Origin: Octopus bimaculoides
Lineage: Eukaryota
DNA: 41,600 nucleotides
Direction of reading: 5' to 3'
Assembly: GCF_001194135.2 (NCBI RefSeq)
Contig: NC_069008.1
Span: 2,006,074 to 2,047,673, forward strand
In this document: one piece after another, positions 23,631 to 38,786 of the stretch
Layout: every line of letters starts with the position of its first letter
Position numbering within the stretch: the first letter of the stretch is position 1
Position numbers and translations under genes: made by a program
The notes under the pieces: model-generated
Seen by the model: the letters and a program-made list of their open reading frames with translations, nothing else
Databases searched by the model: none
What the model was told of the DNA's origin: nothing

Positions 23631-24262
23631 TATAGAGGATATCTTAATAGCAGAGATACAATAGTGGAAGTGTTACTACATTTCTACAGAGATAAATTGT
23701 AGAAGTAAACATTTGCCTGAACAACTGAACTTTACTTTCCAATTTGTTACTAAAATTACAACACACAAGACTGTGCAAAGCCTGCGTCATTCACACACAT
23801 ATGAAAAACTGTGAAAACACAAGTAATTTCTACTACATTTGTGCTGTATACCTCACTAGTAATACTGCTATCTATAGTAGTTGCTTAATCATTATACTAG
23901 AAGTAGATTTGATGATGATGATGTACTAAGCTCAATTGTAGGAATTGTACATCTATTTTCACACTCAAGATGAATTATATGTACATATATTTGTATGTGT
24001 GTATACGCATATGTTCATACATCTATATGAAAATACTGTTGATCTATTAAAGTAATTTACATTAAATTTTAATATCTAATTATCCATATGGCAGACATTA
24101 ATATACTGACTGCGTGTTCGTGTCTGGGACAGCAGTACGATTCTTTCCCATCAAAACAGTTATTGAAACAAGTAAAATTTTCAGTATACTTCCTTATAGT
24201 AATGTATATACAGGAACTAACTATATGACAACGTAAACAAACTACACATGTAGGGGTCCATG

Positions 24263-24625
24263 GTTGGCACTCCGTCGCTTATGACGACTAGGGTTCCAGT
24301 TGATCTGATCAACAGAACAGCCTGCTTGTGAAATTAGCGTGCAAGTGGCTGAGCACTCCACAGACATATGTACCCTTAACGTAGTTCTCGGGGAGATTCA
24401 GCGTGACACAGAATGTGACAAGGCTGACCCTTTGAATTACAGGTTCAACAGAAACAGGAAGTAAGAGTGAGAGAAAGTTGTGGTGGAAGAGTACAGCAGG
24501 GTTCGCCACCATCCCCTGCCGGAGCCTCGTGGAGCTTTAGGTGTTTTCGCTCAATAAACACTCACAACGCCCGGTCTGGGAATCGAAACCGCGATCCTAT
24601 GACCGCGAGTCCGCTGCCCTAACCA
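24263..24625 (-). mobile_element. SINE family C, slightly 5'-truncated
   Basis: Aligns with 21067-21439 over its length. Confidence 0.9.
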
Positions 24626-24694
24626 TGTAGTAGTGTATATAAGCACTCAAACCGCAAAGCCCTGTAGATAACATGAAAAGCATAGTAGTGTATA

Positions 24695-25936
24695 CGAGGG
24701 GGTACCTAAAAGAAACCGGAATTTTTCAATATTATTTTATTCACTTAGTTTTACATGTTCACACTTTTATTGCTATCGTAGTATTCTCCATTTGAAGCAA
24801 TGCATCAGTGGAGGTGTGTTTTCCACAGTTTGAAGCAGTGCTGGAACTCTTGCAAAGTGATACCTTTTTTCTTCACCTTCAAAAAAAGGGACCAGATCAA
24901 CTTCCAACTGTTGTTCCAGTTCACTGCATACATTCAGTCATGACCCCTTTTGATCTTCCGTAACCAAGCGAGGCACAAATTTGGCTGCAACTCTTTTCAT
25001 TTGCAATTCCTTGTCCAAAATTTGTTGGCAGCAGCTCCAGGACGCATTAGTCATCTCGACTGTTCAGTGATGGTCCTCCAAGATCAGTACATGAGTTTCC
25101 TTATTTCGTTATTGCCCACAAGGGGGTACACACAGAAGGGACAAACAAGGACAGACAAAGGTATAAAGTTGATTACATCGACCCCAGTGCGTAACTGGTA
25201 CTTAATTTATCGACCCCGAAAGGATGAAAGGCAAGTCGACCTCGGCGGACTTTGAAATCAGAACGTGGCTGCAGACGAAATACCGCTAAGCATTTCGCCC
25301 GGCATGCTAACGTTTCTTATTTCTTTATTGCCCACAAGGGGCTACACACAGAAGGGACAAACAAAGGTATTAAGTTGATTACATCGACCCCAGTGCGTAA
25401 CTGGTACTTAATTTATCGACCCTGAAAGGATGAAAAGCAAAGTCGACCTCGGCGGACTTTGAACTCAGAACGTGGCTGCAGACGAAATACCGCTAAGCAA
25501 TTTCGTCCAGCTCGCTGCCCTCAGTACATGAATTTCCATGAGGTTTCCATTTGTTCAGGAGGTTGATGGTCGCCCTGAACAAGGTTGGTCTTCAAGCGAC
25601 AAGTGACCATTCTTAAAGTGTGGAAACCACTTGTAAAATTGTGTTTTGCTCATGGCAGAGTCCTTGTAAGCTGTTTGAAGCTTGACAACTGTTTCAACCA
25701 TTGTTTTCCCCAGCAGAAAACAGGAATTTCGTGGAAGCACACTGTTCCTTCATTTCAGCCATCACAAAAATCGAAAGCAAAGACACACCACATGGCAGCA
25801 AGACAACACCCGCCTCCGCCTGTCAGCTGACTGGTACCTAAGTGTCGCATCAAGTGGCTTCCAGCAGTAGAACCCTGAACCACAATGGGCTTGTCCCCCC
25901 AGAGAACATTTCTGGTTACTTTTGGGTACCCCATCG
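24695..25936 (-). mobile_element. Mariner (Tc1/mariner) deletion derivative with TIRs
   Basis: TA TSD (24693-24694, 25937-25938) and ~30-bp imperfect TIR CGAGGGGGTACCTAAAAGAAACCGGAAT. Encodes an N-terminal HTH (CFLLGKT..ETVVKLQTAYKD..MSKTQFYKWF..FKNG..SLEDQPCSGRPSTS), MKRVAAKFVPRL and the C-terminus EFQHCFKLWK..CIASNGEY. The catalytic core is deleted. Confidence 0.9.
25101..25520 (-). mobile_element. Tandem dimer of SINE family B inside the mariner
   Basis: Two units (25101-25317, 25318-25520) flanked by one 17-bp TSD TCAGTACATGA(G/A)TTTCC at 25084-25100 and 25521-25537. Confidence 0.9.
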
Positions 25937-26587
25937 TATAAGCAGAGTAAGTGTATAACAGTGTGTGTGTGTACAAACTGTATACATTTTATTTCTGAAT
26001 TACTTCAGTTCTTTAGTAAAATAGGAAACAGGTTCTATATTATAAAGGATTGTGATGGAACTCATGGCAAACAAAACACAAAATGTTTTCATCTTTATTT
26101 TGTTTTTTTCGATCAAGTTAATTTTTTTCTCACTGCATAAATATTGCAAAGTGTCAATATTTATAAAATTATGAGATGCATCTACAAAAACGGAGGGAGA
26201 AAATGAATAGCATCATTATCATCGTTTAACGTCCACTTTCCATGATTAATATCATAGATAATCTAATTTTATGTCAATTTGCTTTAAATCAAAATGTGTA
26301 CTAGTAATGAATGCCTCGTTAGGTTTACGGTTATCATATAAGGTGCATGGACTGTGAAATTTTCCATGCTCCAGGGAACTTCACCTCCACCAGGAAGCTA
26401 CCAACAGGCTCACACAACGTACAAATATACACAAACATACTCACATATACACAGACATCTCATGAACACATATATGTTCACATACACACTTTCATGTACA
26501 CACATACATATACACCTGTACGCACATATAGACATTTATCTTATCACAGACCCATAAACATTTATACATTGTTTCTAACAAACGTGT

Positions 26588-26758
26588 GCGCAGGAGTGGG
26601 TGTGTGATACGTAGCTTGCTTACCAACCAGATGATTCCAGGTTCTGTCCCACTGCGTGGCACCTTGGGCAAGTGTCTTCTACAATAGCCTCGGGTCGAGC
26701 AAGCCTTGTGAGTGGATTTGATAGACAGAAACTGAAAGAAGCCCATCGTGTGTATGTA

Positions 26759-26797
<39 letters not shown>
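26588..26797 (+). mobile_element. SINE family A 5' half, runs into (TA)n and a gap
   Basis: GCAGGAGTGG.TGTGTG...CACTGCGTGGCACCTTGGGCAAGTGTCTTCTAC...GAAACTGAAAGAAGCCC. Confidence 0.85.
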
Positions 26798-27764
26798 NNN
26801 NNNNNNNNNNNNNNNNNNNNNNNNNNNNNNNNNNNNNNNNNNNNNNNNNNNNNNNNNNNNNNNNNNNNNNNNNNNNNNNNNNNNNNNNNNNNNNNNNNNN
26901 NNNNNNNNNNNNNNNNNNNNNNNNNNNNNNNNNNNNNNNNNNNNNNNNNNNNNNNNNNNNNNNNNNNNNNNNNNNNNNNNNNNNNNNNNNNNNNNNNNNN
27001 NNNNNNNNNNNNNNNNNNNNNNNNNNNNNNNNNNNNNNNNNNNNNNNNNNNNNNNNNNNNNNNNNNNNNNNNNNNNNNNNNNNNNNNNNNNNNNNNNNNN
27101 NNNNNNNNNNNNNNNNNNNNNNNNNNNNNNNNNNNNNNNNNNNNNNNNNNNNNNNNNNNNNNNNNNNNNNNNNNNNNNNNNNNNNNNNNNNNNNNNNNNN
27201 NNNNNNNNNNNNNNNNNNNNNNNNNNNNNNNNNNNNNNNNNNNNNNNNNNNNNNNNNNNNNNNNNNNNNNNNNNNNNNNNNNNNNNNNNNNNNNNNNNNN
27301 NNNNNNNNNNNNNNNNNNNNNNNNNNNNNNNNNNNNNNNNNNNNNNNNNNNNNNNNNNNNNNNNNNNNNNNNNNNNNNNNNNNNNNNNNNNNNNNNNNNN
27401 NNNNNNNNNNNNNNNNNNNNNNNNNNNNNNNNNNNNNNNNNNNNNNNNNNNNNNNNNNNNNNNNNNNNNNNNNNNNNNNNNNNNNNNNNNNNNNNNNNNN
27501 NNNNNNNNNNNNNNNNNNNNNNNNNNNNNNNNNNNNNNNNNNNNNNNNNNNNNNNNNNNNNNNNNNNNNNNNNNNNNNNNNNNNNNNNNNNNNNNNNNNN
27601 NNNNNNNNNNNNNNNNNNNNNNNNNNNNNNNNNNNNNNNNNNNNNNNNNNNNNNNNNNNNNNNNNNNNNNNNNNNNNNNNNNNNNNNNNNNNNNNNNNNN
27701 NNNNNNNNNNNNNNNNNNNNNNNNNNNNNNNNNTTTGCTTTTTTCTTTTTAAATTTGCTGTTTT

Positions 27765-28005
27765 ACCCTAACCCTAACCCTATCACCGATAGAATTGTTT
27801 CAGAATCGTTTGTTTATGTAGTCGGCACTTAATGTATATCGGCTGAATGGACGTCAGTGATTGGTTGAAATTACAGAAATACGACAGCTTTAACATGGAA
27901 TAACTTAGGGATTTCTGTTTTTTTTAAGAAGACTAAGAGAAAAAGATGTTTTATATGACACATTCTACCAGTGTTCCAAGTTTCAATGTGTTTCGTTAAT
28001 GAAAA
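27765..28005. repeat. Family D repeat copy 2, with telomere-like (CCCTAA) units at its left
   Basis: ACCCTAACCCTAACCCT at 27765-27781. 27835-28005 aligns with 4270-4460. Confidence 0.65.
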
Positions 28006-28074
28006 ATGTGGCCCCCGTTTTAAAAAAGATCCATTTATTCTTTTCTACTCTAGGCAAAAGACCCGAAATTTAGT

Positions 28075-28157
28075 GGGAGGGGGCCAGTTGATTAGATCGC
28101 CCCCATTACGCAACTGGTACTTAAGGCAAAGTCGACCTTGGCGGAATTTGAACTCGG
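28075..28157 (-). mobile_element. SINE family B deleted fragment
   Basis: GCAACTGGTACTTAA joined to GGCAAAGTCGACCTTGGCGGAATTTGAACTC. Confidence 0.7.
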
Positions 28158-28304
28158 TTATAATTTATTATGAAGTTACTGATGTACAAAAACAGGAATA
28201 ACATCATAAACGAAGTATTGCGGGTTAGAAATAAGTGGACATACACCTCAGAATATACTGAACATATATTTATGTTCAAATATTTACGGAATATGTTAAG
28301 AGTT

Positions 28305-28435
28305 GATGCTGGTGTTTACGTCCCCATAGCCTAGAGGATCGGTAAAAGTGACCCAAAGAATAAGTACTAGGGTCGATGTGTTCGACTAAAGGCGGTGCTC
28401 AAGCGTGGCCGCAGTCAAATGACTGGAAAATTACA
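28305..28435 (+). mobile_element. SINE family A 3' fragment
   Basis: GATGCTGGTGTTTACGTCCCC...AAGGCGGTGCTCAAGCGTGGCCGCAGTCAAATGACTG. Confidence 0.75.
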
Positions 28436-29274
28436 AGAGACGTGTTGTTTATAAATATTGACAACTCGTTATGTTGACGATAAAATGCGCAGTCACACAC
28501 AAAATGACAGCTTCCAAATCTTGTTTCCAGACCTTAAATCTCTATAAGTCGTTAAAAACATTTTTCTGGAAAAAAATGGAATAACTCCAACAATTCAGTT
28601 TGGGCAAGTGTGTTGTTGTGCCAAATTAAAAAAAAAATTCGGTTAACTTTAATTTTTGGAGCCGCTGACAACGAAACAGAAAACATCCATACGCTGCATA
28701 AATAGATAGGTTGACCGTAATACATACATAAAAACGCAGAGAGAAGTGGGGAGGGTATTAGGGTTAATGTCCAAACAAATAACGCTGCTTGTATGTCTGC
28801 ATTCACAGACATACAAAGAGAAAGATAGCGAAAAACGAATGACGGTGGTGGCGGGAGAGATGCGTTCGATTGCAAACCAAAACGGAACTTGTTACAGAGA
28901 CAAAATAATTAAACTGAGTTTACAATGTAAGTATAAAGGAAACTGCTTTGTTCTAATCTTAACGGAATTGTAGGCAATTTACTTTACGTAACACGCAAAA
29001 GTTATCCTTAGATTCTTAAAAATAACATCAATATTTCAAAATGTAGAACTATCATTCTCTTATTGGTAAACGTCTGGAAAAGGAAATATCGTTTTCCAAT
29101 GTTGTTACCCGTTTTCCTTTCTATATTATAACTGCATCCTTGAAAAGTCACACAATTCAATTATCTATACACATTACGACATAGTTAAATTTAACAATTA
29201 CAAACCTACCGTATTCAAATTATAAACAGCAAGGCAGTACCCGATGGAAACGAAACTCTGTGGAAGTTGTTTCC

Positions 29275-29634
29275 CTTGTTTCAGTCATTTGACTGCGGCC
29301 ATGCTGGAGCACCGACTTTCAGTCGAGCAAATCGACCCCACTATTCTTTGGAAGCCTAGTACTTATTCTATCGGTCTCTTTTGCCGAACCGCTAATTTAC
29401 GGGGACATAAACACACAAGCATCGGTTGTCAAGCGATGTTGGGGGGACAAACACAGACACACACACATATATATACATATATACGACGGGCTTCTTTCAG
29501 TTTCCGTCTACTAAATCCACTCACAAGGCTTTGGTCGGCCCGAGGATATAGTAGAAGACACTTGCTGAAGGTGCCACGCAGTGGGAATGAACCCGGAACC
29601 ATGTGGTTGGTAAGCAAGCCACTCCTGCGCCTAT
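29275..29634 (-). mobile_element. SINE family A, near full length
   Basis: Reverse complement of the 11535 and 26588 copies, with head, central (GT)/(TA) tract and tail. Confidence 0.9.
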
Positions 29635-30009
29635 ATTGTTTATATTCAGTATTTTATTTTACATTCCCCACTCTCTGTGATGTAGGAGACTGCAGTTCGA
29701 TTCCCAGTCAGGGAGGTACATATTTTTTAAGGCGGCAAGCCAGCAGGATCTTTAGCATACCGGACAAAATGCTTACTGCCATGTCGTCCGTCTTTACGCT
29801 CTGAACTTAAATTCCGCAGAGGTCCGCTTTGAGACCTGCTCATGAATGTGAAACTTGTTTCTCTCATATTGTACGGGTACGTTTTGCTCAACAAAGACAA
29901 TGCAGTGTGGCTAGGGAGATTTGGGTGTTATTTCTAAAAGGACGAATGCTACTGGAAAGGTTCCTTTGCCAACAAGTATTGACCCTGTGAAATTGGGGTG
30001 GTGAATTTC

Positions 30010-30125
30010 CGGTAAATTTTCAGATTAACACCCGCACGATTTTCACTAGGCTGTTAGGGTTAGAGTTAGGGACGGAATTCCCACCCTAGTGAAAATCGTG
30101 CGGGTGTTAATCTGAAAGTTTACCG
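30010..30125. repeat. 41-bp inverted repeat enclosing telomere-like hexamers
   Basis: Arms 30010-30050 and 30085-30125 pair at 40/41. The 34-bp spacer contains TTAGGG-TTAGAG-TTAGGG. Confidence 0.9.
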
Positions 30126-31114
30126 AATTTCCGAGGGTTCCCACCTCCGTTTTCTAGACGAAAAAAAAAAAAAAAAATTGGTTTTGTGGCCTATTAGGAG
30201 CTCACCGTAATTCATTCTACGGNNNNNNNNNNNNNNNNNNNNNNNNNNNNNNNNNNNNNNNNNNNNNNNNNNNNNNNNNNNNNNNNNNNNNNNNNNNNNN
30301 NNNNNNNNNNNNNNNNNNNNNNNNNNNNNNNNNNNNNNNNNNNNNNNNNNNNNNNNNNNNNNNNNNNNNNNNNNNNNNNNNNNNNNNNNNNNNNNNNNNN
30401 NNNNNNNNNNNNNNNNNNNNNNNCCGGGTGGGGAGACCTTCCCCCACCCCTTTCCGAACCATCAAAACGAGGGATTTGCGGGAAAGTAGGAGGTTAGGGG
30501 AGTTGATTCCATGCGAAAAATCGTGTTTTTTCTTTTCTAGTACAAAGGGCGGCAGTGGGGTGGTGAAAATTTGTCAAAAGTTAAAATAAAGTGTTCATTT
30601 TTATTTTACAACTGAAAGTGTGGGAAATTTCCAAAGTGTTTTTTTGTTTTTTTTACTACAAAATGCAACTTGAAGGGCAGTTACAACAAGTATGAGTACC
30701 GGAATAAAAGCCAAATCTCTCTCAACACACACCCACACACATCTGTATGTGATGCACGAATTCAATTTTAAAATTGAAATTTTTAAATGCCGATGTTTGC
30801 CAATTTTTTTTTTTTTTCAGATTCGTAATCTCCGTACCCGAAAACGGAGGGTTCAGTAAATAAATAAATGAAGTAGGGTTTTTTTGTGGGGTACAGATGT
30901 AAGTCTTCACTCAGATACACTCATTAAAGATATTAACATAGCAGTTTTCATTCAGATGAATTATTTAATATTTAAGCAATTATATTCCCCTACTACAATG
31001 AATATACATCGTAATCCGTTCATCTTTCTGCTACAGTGAAGCCTATATATTTACTATTAGTTCTATTAGACAATGAATCTATCAAGTTATTACTTTCACA
31101 CTACTGAGTAAAAG

Positions 31115-31290
31115 ACTTACTTGCATTTCGCCGTAAATTACTAATTTCTGTTTCCCATTTCTTCTAAATCTTCGTCTACATTAAATAATCTCTGTATGGA
31201 ACTGTTTCACAAAGGAAATGTAAAAACTGACACGGAAAATTGAAACGAAACACGAAGAAACCGGAAAGTGTCACTGGTGGAACAAGACTT
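31115..31290 (-). promoter_or_regulatory. Putative non-coding exon 1 and donor of ZF-C with proximal promoter
   Basis: Minus-strand donor CAA|GTAAGT at 31120-31115. Homologous to 12809-12990, with homology extending into the intron (30915-31115 vs 12330-12810). Confidence 0.6.
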
Positions 31291-32911
31291 GAAATTACTC
31301 ACCTATGTCAAGTTATCTCCCGTTAATCTGAATGCAATTTCAATTACTCCGCTTTTAATTTATTCTCCTGTCTCCTTTGAAACTCATGACACGTTTTTAT
31401 CATTCAATTCCTGTAATATTCACGATCCTACACCAATCTCAGAATGCGGAAGAAAAAAATGTATCTTTCGGTATAATACCTCACTCACCCCTGTCATCCT
31501 AGCAGAAAATAATGTTGATCCCACGATAAATGGGCAGACCCTAGAGGTCCCTTTGTTTTTTGAAGCTGCACTAAAGTACCGACACTAGAATGACCCTCGT
31601 TTTAATCACTTTATTTTACCTAGAAAATATTCTATAAATGTACGTTTATGTATTTCTTTTGCAAGATTCTTGATGTGAAAACATGTATTCAAAGAGACAT
31701 TGTTACACTCAGGGATGGTCACAGACCTTGTACAAACTTCACTAGTTAATGTTCCATTTCTTAGGAATTGCTAAAAGTGGATACGAATATATTTCAGACA
31801 CTGGCTTGAGCTATGGCAGCTGTAAAGGAGATTATTATAATGTTTAATTAATCACCAGTCCTCCGTCAGACGATAATTATTTGTCAGATTCTAGTAAAAA
31901 GCTTTGTTTCAATCGGAACTCAATTAGTTGTTTCGTGAAAATCTTTTTGCGCTTAGATACAAGTTTAGACGAAGCCAATTTGAAAAGATACTTTTCATTG
32001 GCTTAAGTAAATTAAAGCCGAAGCCACCCTAGTTTCCGACCAAAAATTGATTTTGTATGCAGTTCCAGACGCTTCTAGAAATTTCCAGAGAAGCTTATAA
32101 AAATCTGGGATTTCCGATAGCTTTTTGGTGACACTTAAAGCTGCTACTGGAGGCTTTGTCACTCAAATCTGCATGTCTTGTAGTGTTGAATTATTTTCAC
32201 ACTCACGAAATAGACACTGCATTTGTCTGAAGTCTACATTATGAACTTAAGTAATTTACCCAAATTCTTCCTAGAGCAGTTTGAAGAATTGGTTAAGAAA
32301 TTAAATACTTGTCACTTTTCTCGACAAGTAATTTCTAAGAAGAAGAAGAAAAAAATAGAAAAAGCCTTCTATCAATGCTTTCTCGTAAATCGCCAAGTAA
32401 ACTAAGGGACAGCACTCAAGTTACAAGTATAATACTGTTATGACTTGAAATTGAATTAAATAAAATTAACATTGAACTTGCGTGTCAGATTTCTATAAGT
32501 TCTTGAGTATTGGTTTGGAAACAACGTGCAAGTTACTCACAAATAATCTTAATGTCAAAGAGAAAATAATAAATGAAAAGAAAGGTTCAACTGGAGTTTA
32601 ACCGTAGCTTCTTTTTATTATTTAATACAAGAATGAATGAGGAAGAAAAATGTGGGACAGTTAGTGTTAGTGACAAGAGTGTACAAGGAATGGTGAACGA
32701 GTGATGAAATCTAAGGTAGGCACTTCAATAATGCAAGACATACGGAGGGAGTAGGAGGTGATTGAGAATTCAATGCAGCAGAATAGTAATGATGATACAA
32801 ATAGACAGGAGAGCAACAAAAGTGACATGTGGTTGGATAATTTGCAAGAACAGGTGGGGAAGAGTGGAGCAGGCATGAAGGAATACATACAAGCATAGTG
32901 AATAAATGATT

Positions 32912-32917
32912 TTTATT
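32912..32917 (-). terminator. Poly(A) signal of ZF-D
   Basis: AATAAA on the minus strand in a 3' region (32875-33330) homologous to 21580-22150. Confidence 0.55.
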
Positions 32918-33265
32918 AGAAATATTACAGCAGTAAGTTACCATATTTATGTCAGCATAATAGTAATTATATGTAAAATAACATTATATTTTTTCCTTTG
33001 AGAATGCATTGATGATAATATAACTTCTCATGGAATAAATTTTGACAAACACTGTGTATTTTGGTTTTACAACACATGTATGGCATGCCTTGTCTATATA
33101 ATGTAAAAGGTGTTTAAATGGCTGGCATCAAGAAAAGCATTTTAAAGAACAAAACAAAAAGAGATGAATGATTAGGTGAAGTCGAGGGTACATGTTGCAT
33201 CAGTGAAGAAAAATGGTCATTAGAGACTTATTGTTGTGTGAGGTAACGAATTTGGACAATAATAA

Positions 33266-35666
<2,401 letters not shown>

Positions 35667-36012
35667 CTCTTCAACAAAATAATAAATCAATCCTTTAAGT
35701 CTTTAACACAATCCATTATTTCAATAGTTGTCTTCTCCCAGAACAATATGTTTATTACCTTGTTTCACTTTTTATCATTCATTTCTTTCAGCTGTTTTCC
35801 CATCAACTCTGTTTTCATCAATATCTGAAGATGCCCAAAACATATTTGAAACTTCATCCATCTTGTACATATTACAGACTGTACAGGAGAGAAATGCTCA
35901 TTGAGTTATATATTCGTTGCATGTAACGTTTTTCTTTAGTCTTTAAGAGATAATTAATGTTGATGATGAATCTGATGTAAGCAATTCTTTCATGTCACAG
36001 TTGTCTGATATT

Positions 36013-36040
36013 CTGAAATAATAGAAAAACAACTGTATAA
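36013..36040 (-). other. 3' splice acceptor of the ZF-D exon
   Basis: Minus strand reads GTTGTTTTTCTATTATTTCAG|AATATC. Confidence 0.7.
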
Positions 36041-36353
36041 GATTTACATCAGACAACATCGTGAAAAGCCTATATCATCTTACAATAATGGACGTTATGT
36101 CTGTGTATCTGTCTGTTCCCTTTTCATGGTCATTTTTTTCAATTTTTTAAGAATTTTTTTGGTCGAAATACGTAGAAAAATATGGAGATTATGATTCTGA
36201 AAAAAAAATTTGTAAAATTTCAATCTTTCAAAAAATAAATAAACACCACTCCCCACCGCCCTATGATAGATAATAGGATTAAAGTGTTTTCTCTGACAAG
36301 CTAGAAACAACAGCCAAACCAAAGATCAACTTTCTAAATACAAATTACTAAAA

Positions 36354-36725
36354 CATGCTGGAGCACCACCTTTACTTGAACAAATTGACCCCGGGACTTA
36401 TTCTTTGTAAGCCTAGTACTTATTCTATCGGTCCCTTTTTGCTGAACTGCTGCGTTATGGGGACGTAAACACACCAGCATCGGTTGCCAAGCAATGGTGG
36501 GGGGACAAACACAGACACACACACACACATATATATATCTATATATATCTATACATATACAACAGGTTTCGTTCAGTTTCCGTCTACCAAATCCATTCAC
36601 AAGGCTTTGGTTGGCCCCAGGCTATAGTAGAAGACACTTGCCCAAGGTGCAACGCAGTGGGACTGAACCCGGAAGCATGTGGTTGGTAAGCAAGCTACTT
36701 ACCACACAGAAACTCCTGTGCCTAT
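36354..36725 (-). mobile_element. SINE family A, near full length
   Basis: Aligns with 29275-29634. Confidence 0.9.
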
Positions 36726-37453
36726 ATGGTATGAATTTTTTCAGGGAAATGTGTACCCAAAAACTGGTGACAGACAAGAAGAAATTGGGAGGTCTGAAGG
36801 GGACAAAATCCTTCTTTTTTAAGAGGAAAAATGAAGTCACAAACACTATCCCAAGACACAGAGATAGAGTACATTGATGAAGACGTCGGCGCAGGAACTG
36901 CTATAGCTGTGTTCTGTATGTGTGGTGGTAATGATTCAGTTGAAACTTGGCGACGTCGGGGGGAAAGCTTGTAATTGAAAGTAGTAATTGTCGTCACGGT
37001 GGTAATCTTGGTTGGCGCACGACGCTGGTGGCGAAAAGGCTGTTTGGTGATGAGTGTTTGAAGAGGTACGCTTTTACAGAACGATCGACAGACAATTTCT
37101 GTACGACCATTAGCGAAAACCTCGAAGAAAAATTTTCTTAACCCAAGATGAAAGAACGACCGTATGAAATGAGTGACAAGAGTTATTGTGTGGCATAAAA
37201 GATGTGTGTAATGTGAGAGTGTAAAATGCGACATATACAAACATAAAAAGCAGGCCGTAAATCCTGTCTGTTTTACGTGAGTGGAAAAAATCCACTCCAA
37301 CAGAGACGAGAATAAAAACCGTGCTTGTTGAGTCGTGTTGACTATGTTTGGAGATGTTGGTAATGAGTTCAGTCTCCATGGGCGTATTTGTTCTTTAGTC
37401 GAGGTTCACCAGTTATAAGTTGGTAATCCGTAGTTCATGCTGCGTCTTTTCTT

Positions 37454-37468
37454 CGTCGGGGGTCACCA
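37454..37468 (-). promoter_or_regulatory. Primer-binding site complementary to tRNA-Trp
   Basis: Plus strand CGTCGGGGGTCACCA vs the eukaryotic tRNA-Trp 3' end CGUCGGGGUCACCA. Confidence 0.7.
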
Positions 37469-37612
37469 CTTTAGTAGAAAGTGGGTTATACATCTTTAGA
37501 TTGTATACCTGACTTTCTACTATAAAATTAAAGAAATAGACGGAACGCTGAACTCCAGACTAAACAACTCAAACAACATTTATTTACTTGGTAAAACATA
37601 CAAATCTTTTAG

Positions 37613-38786
<1,174 letters not shown>

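Noticed and set aside
31990-32420. Possible Tc1-like relic (ORF 32223-32405)
   Set aside because: Only a vague resemblance, with no TIR, TSD or catalytic motif found.
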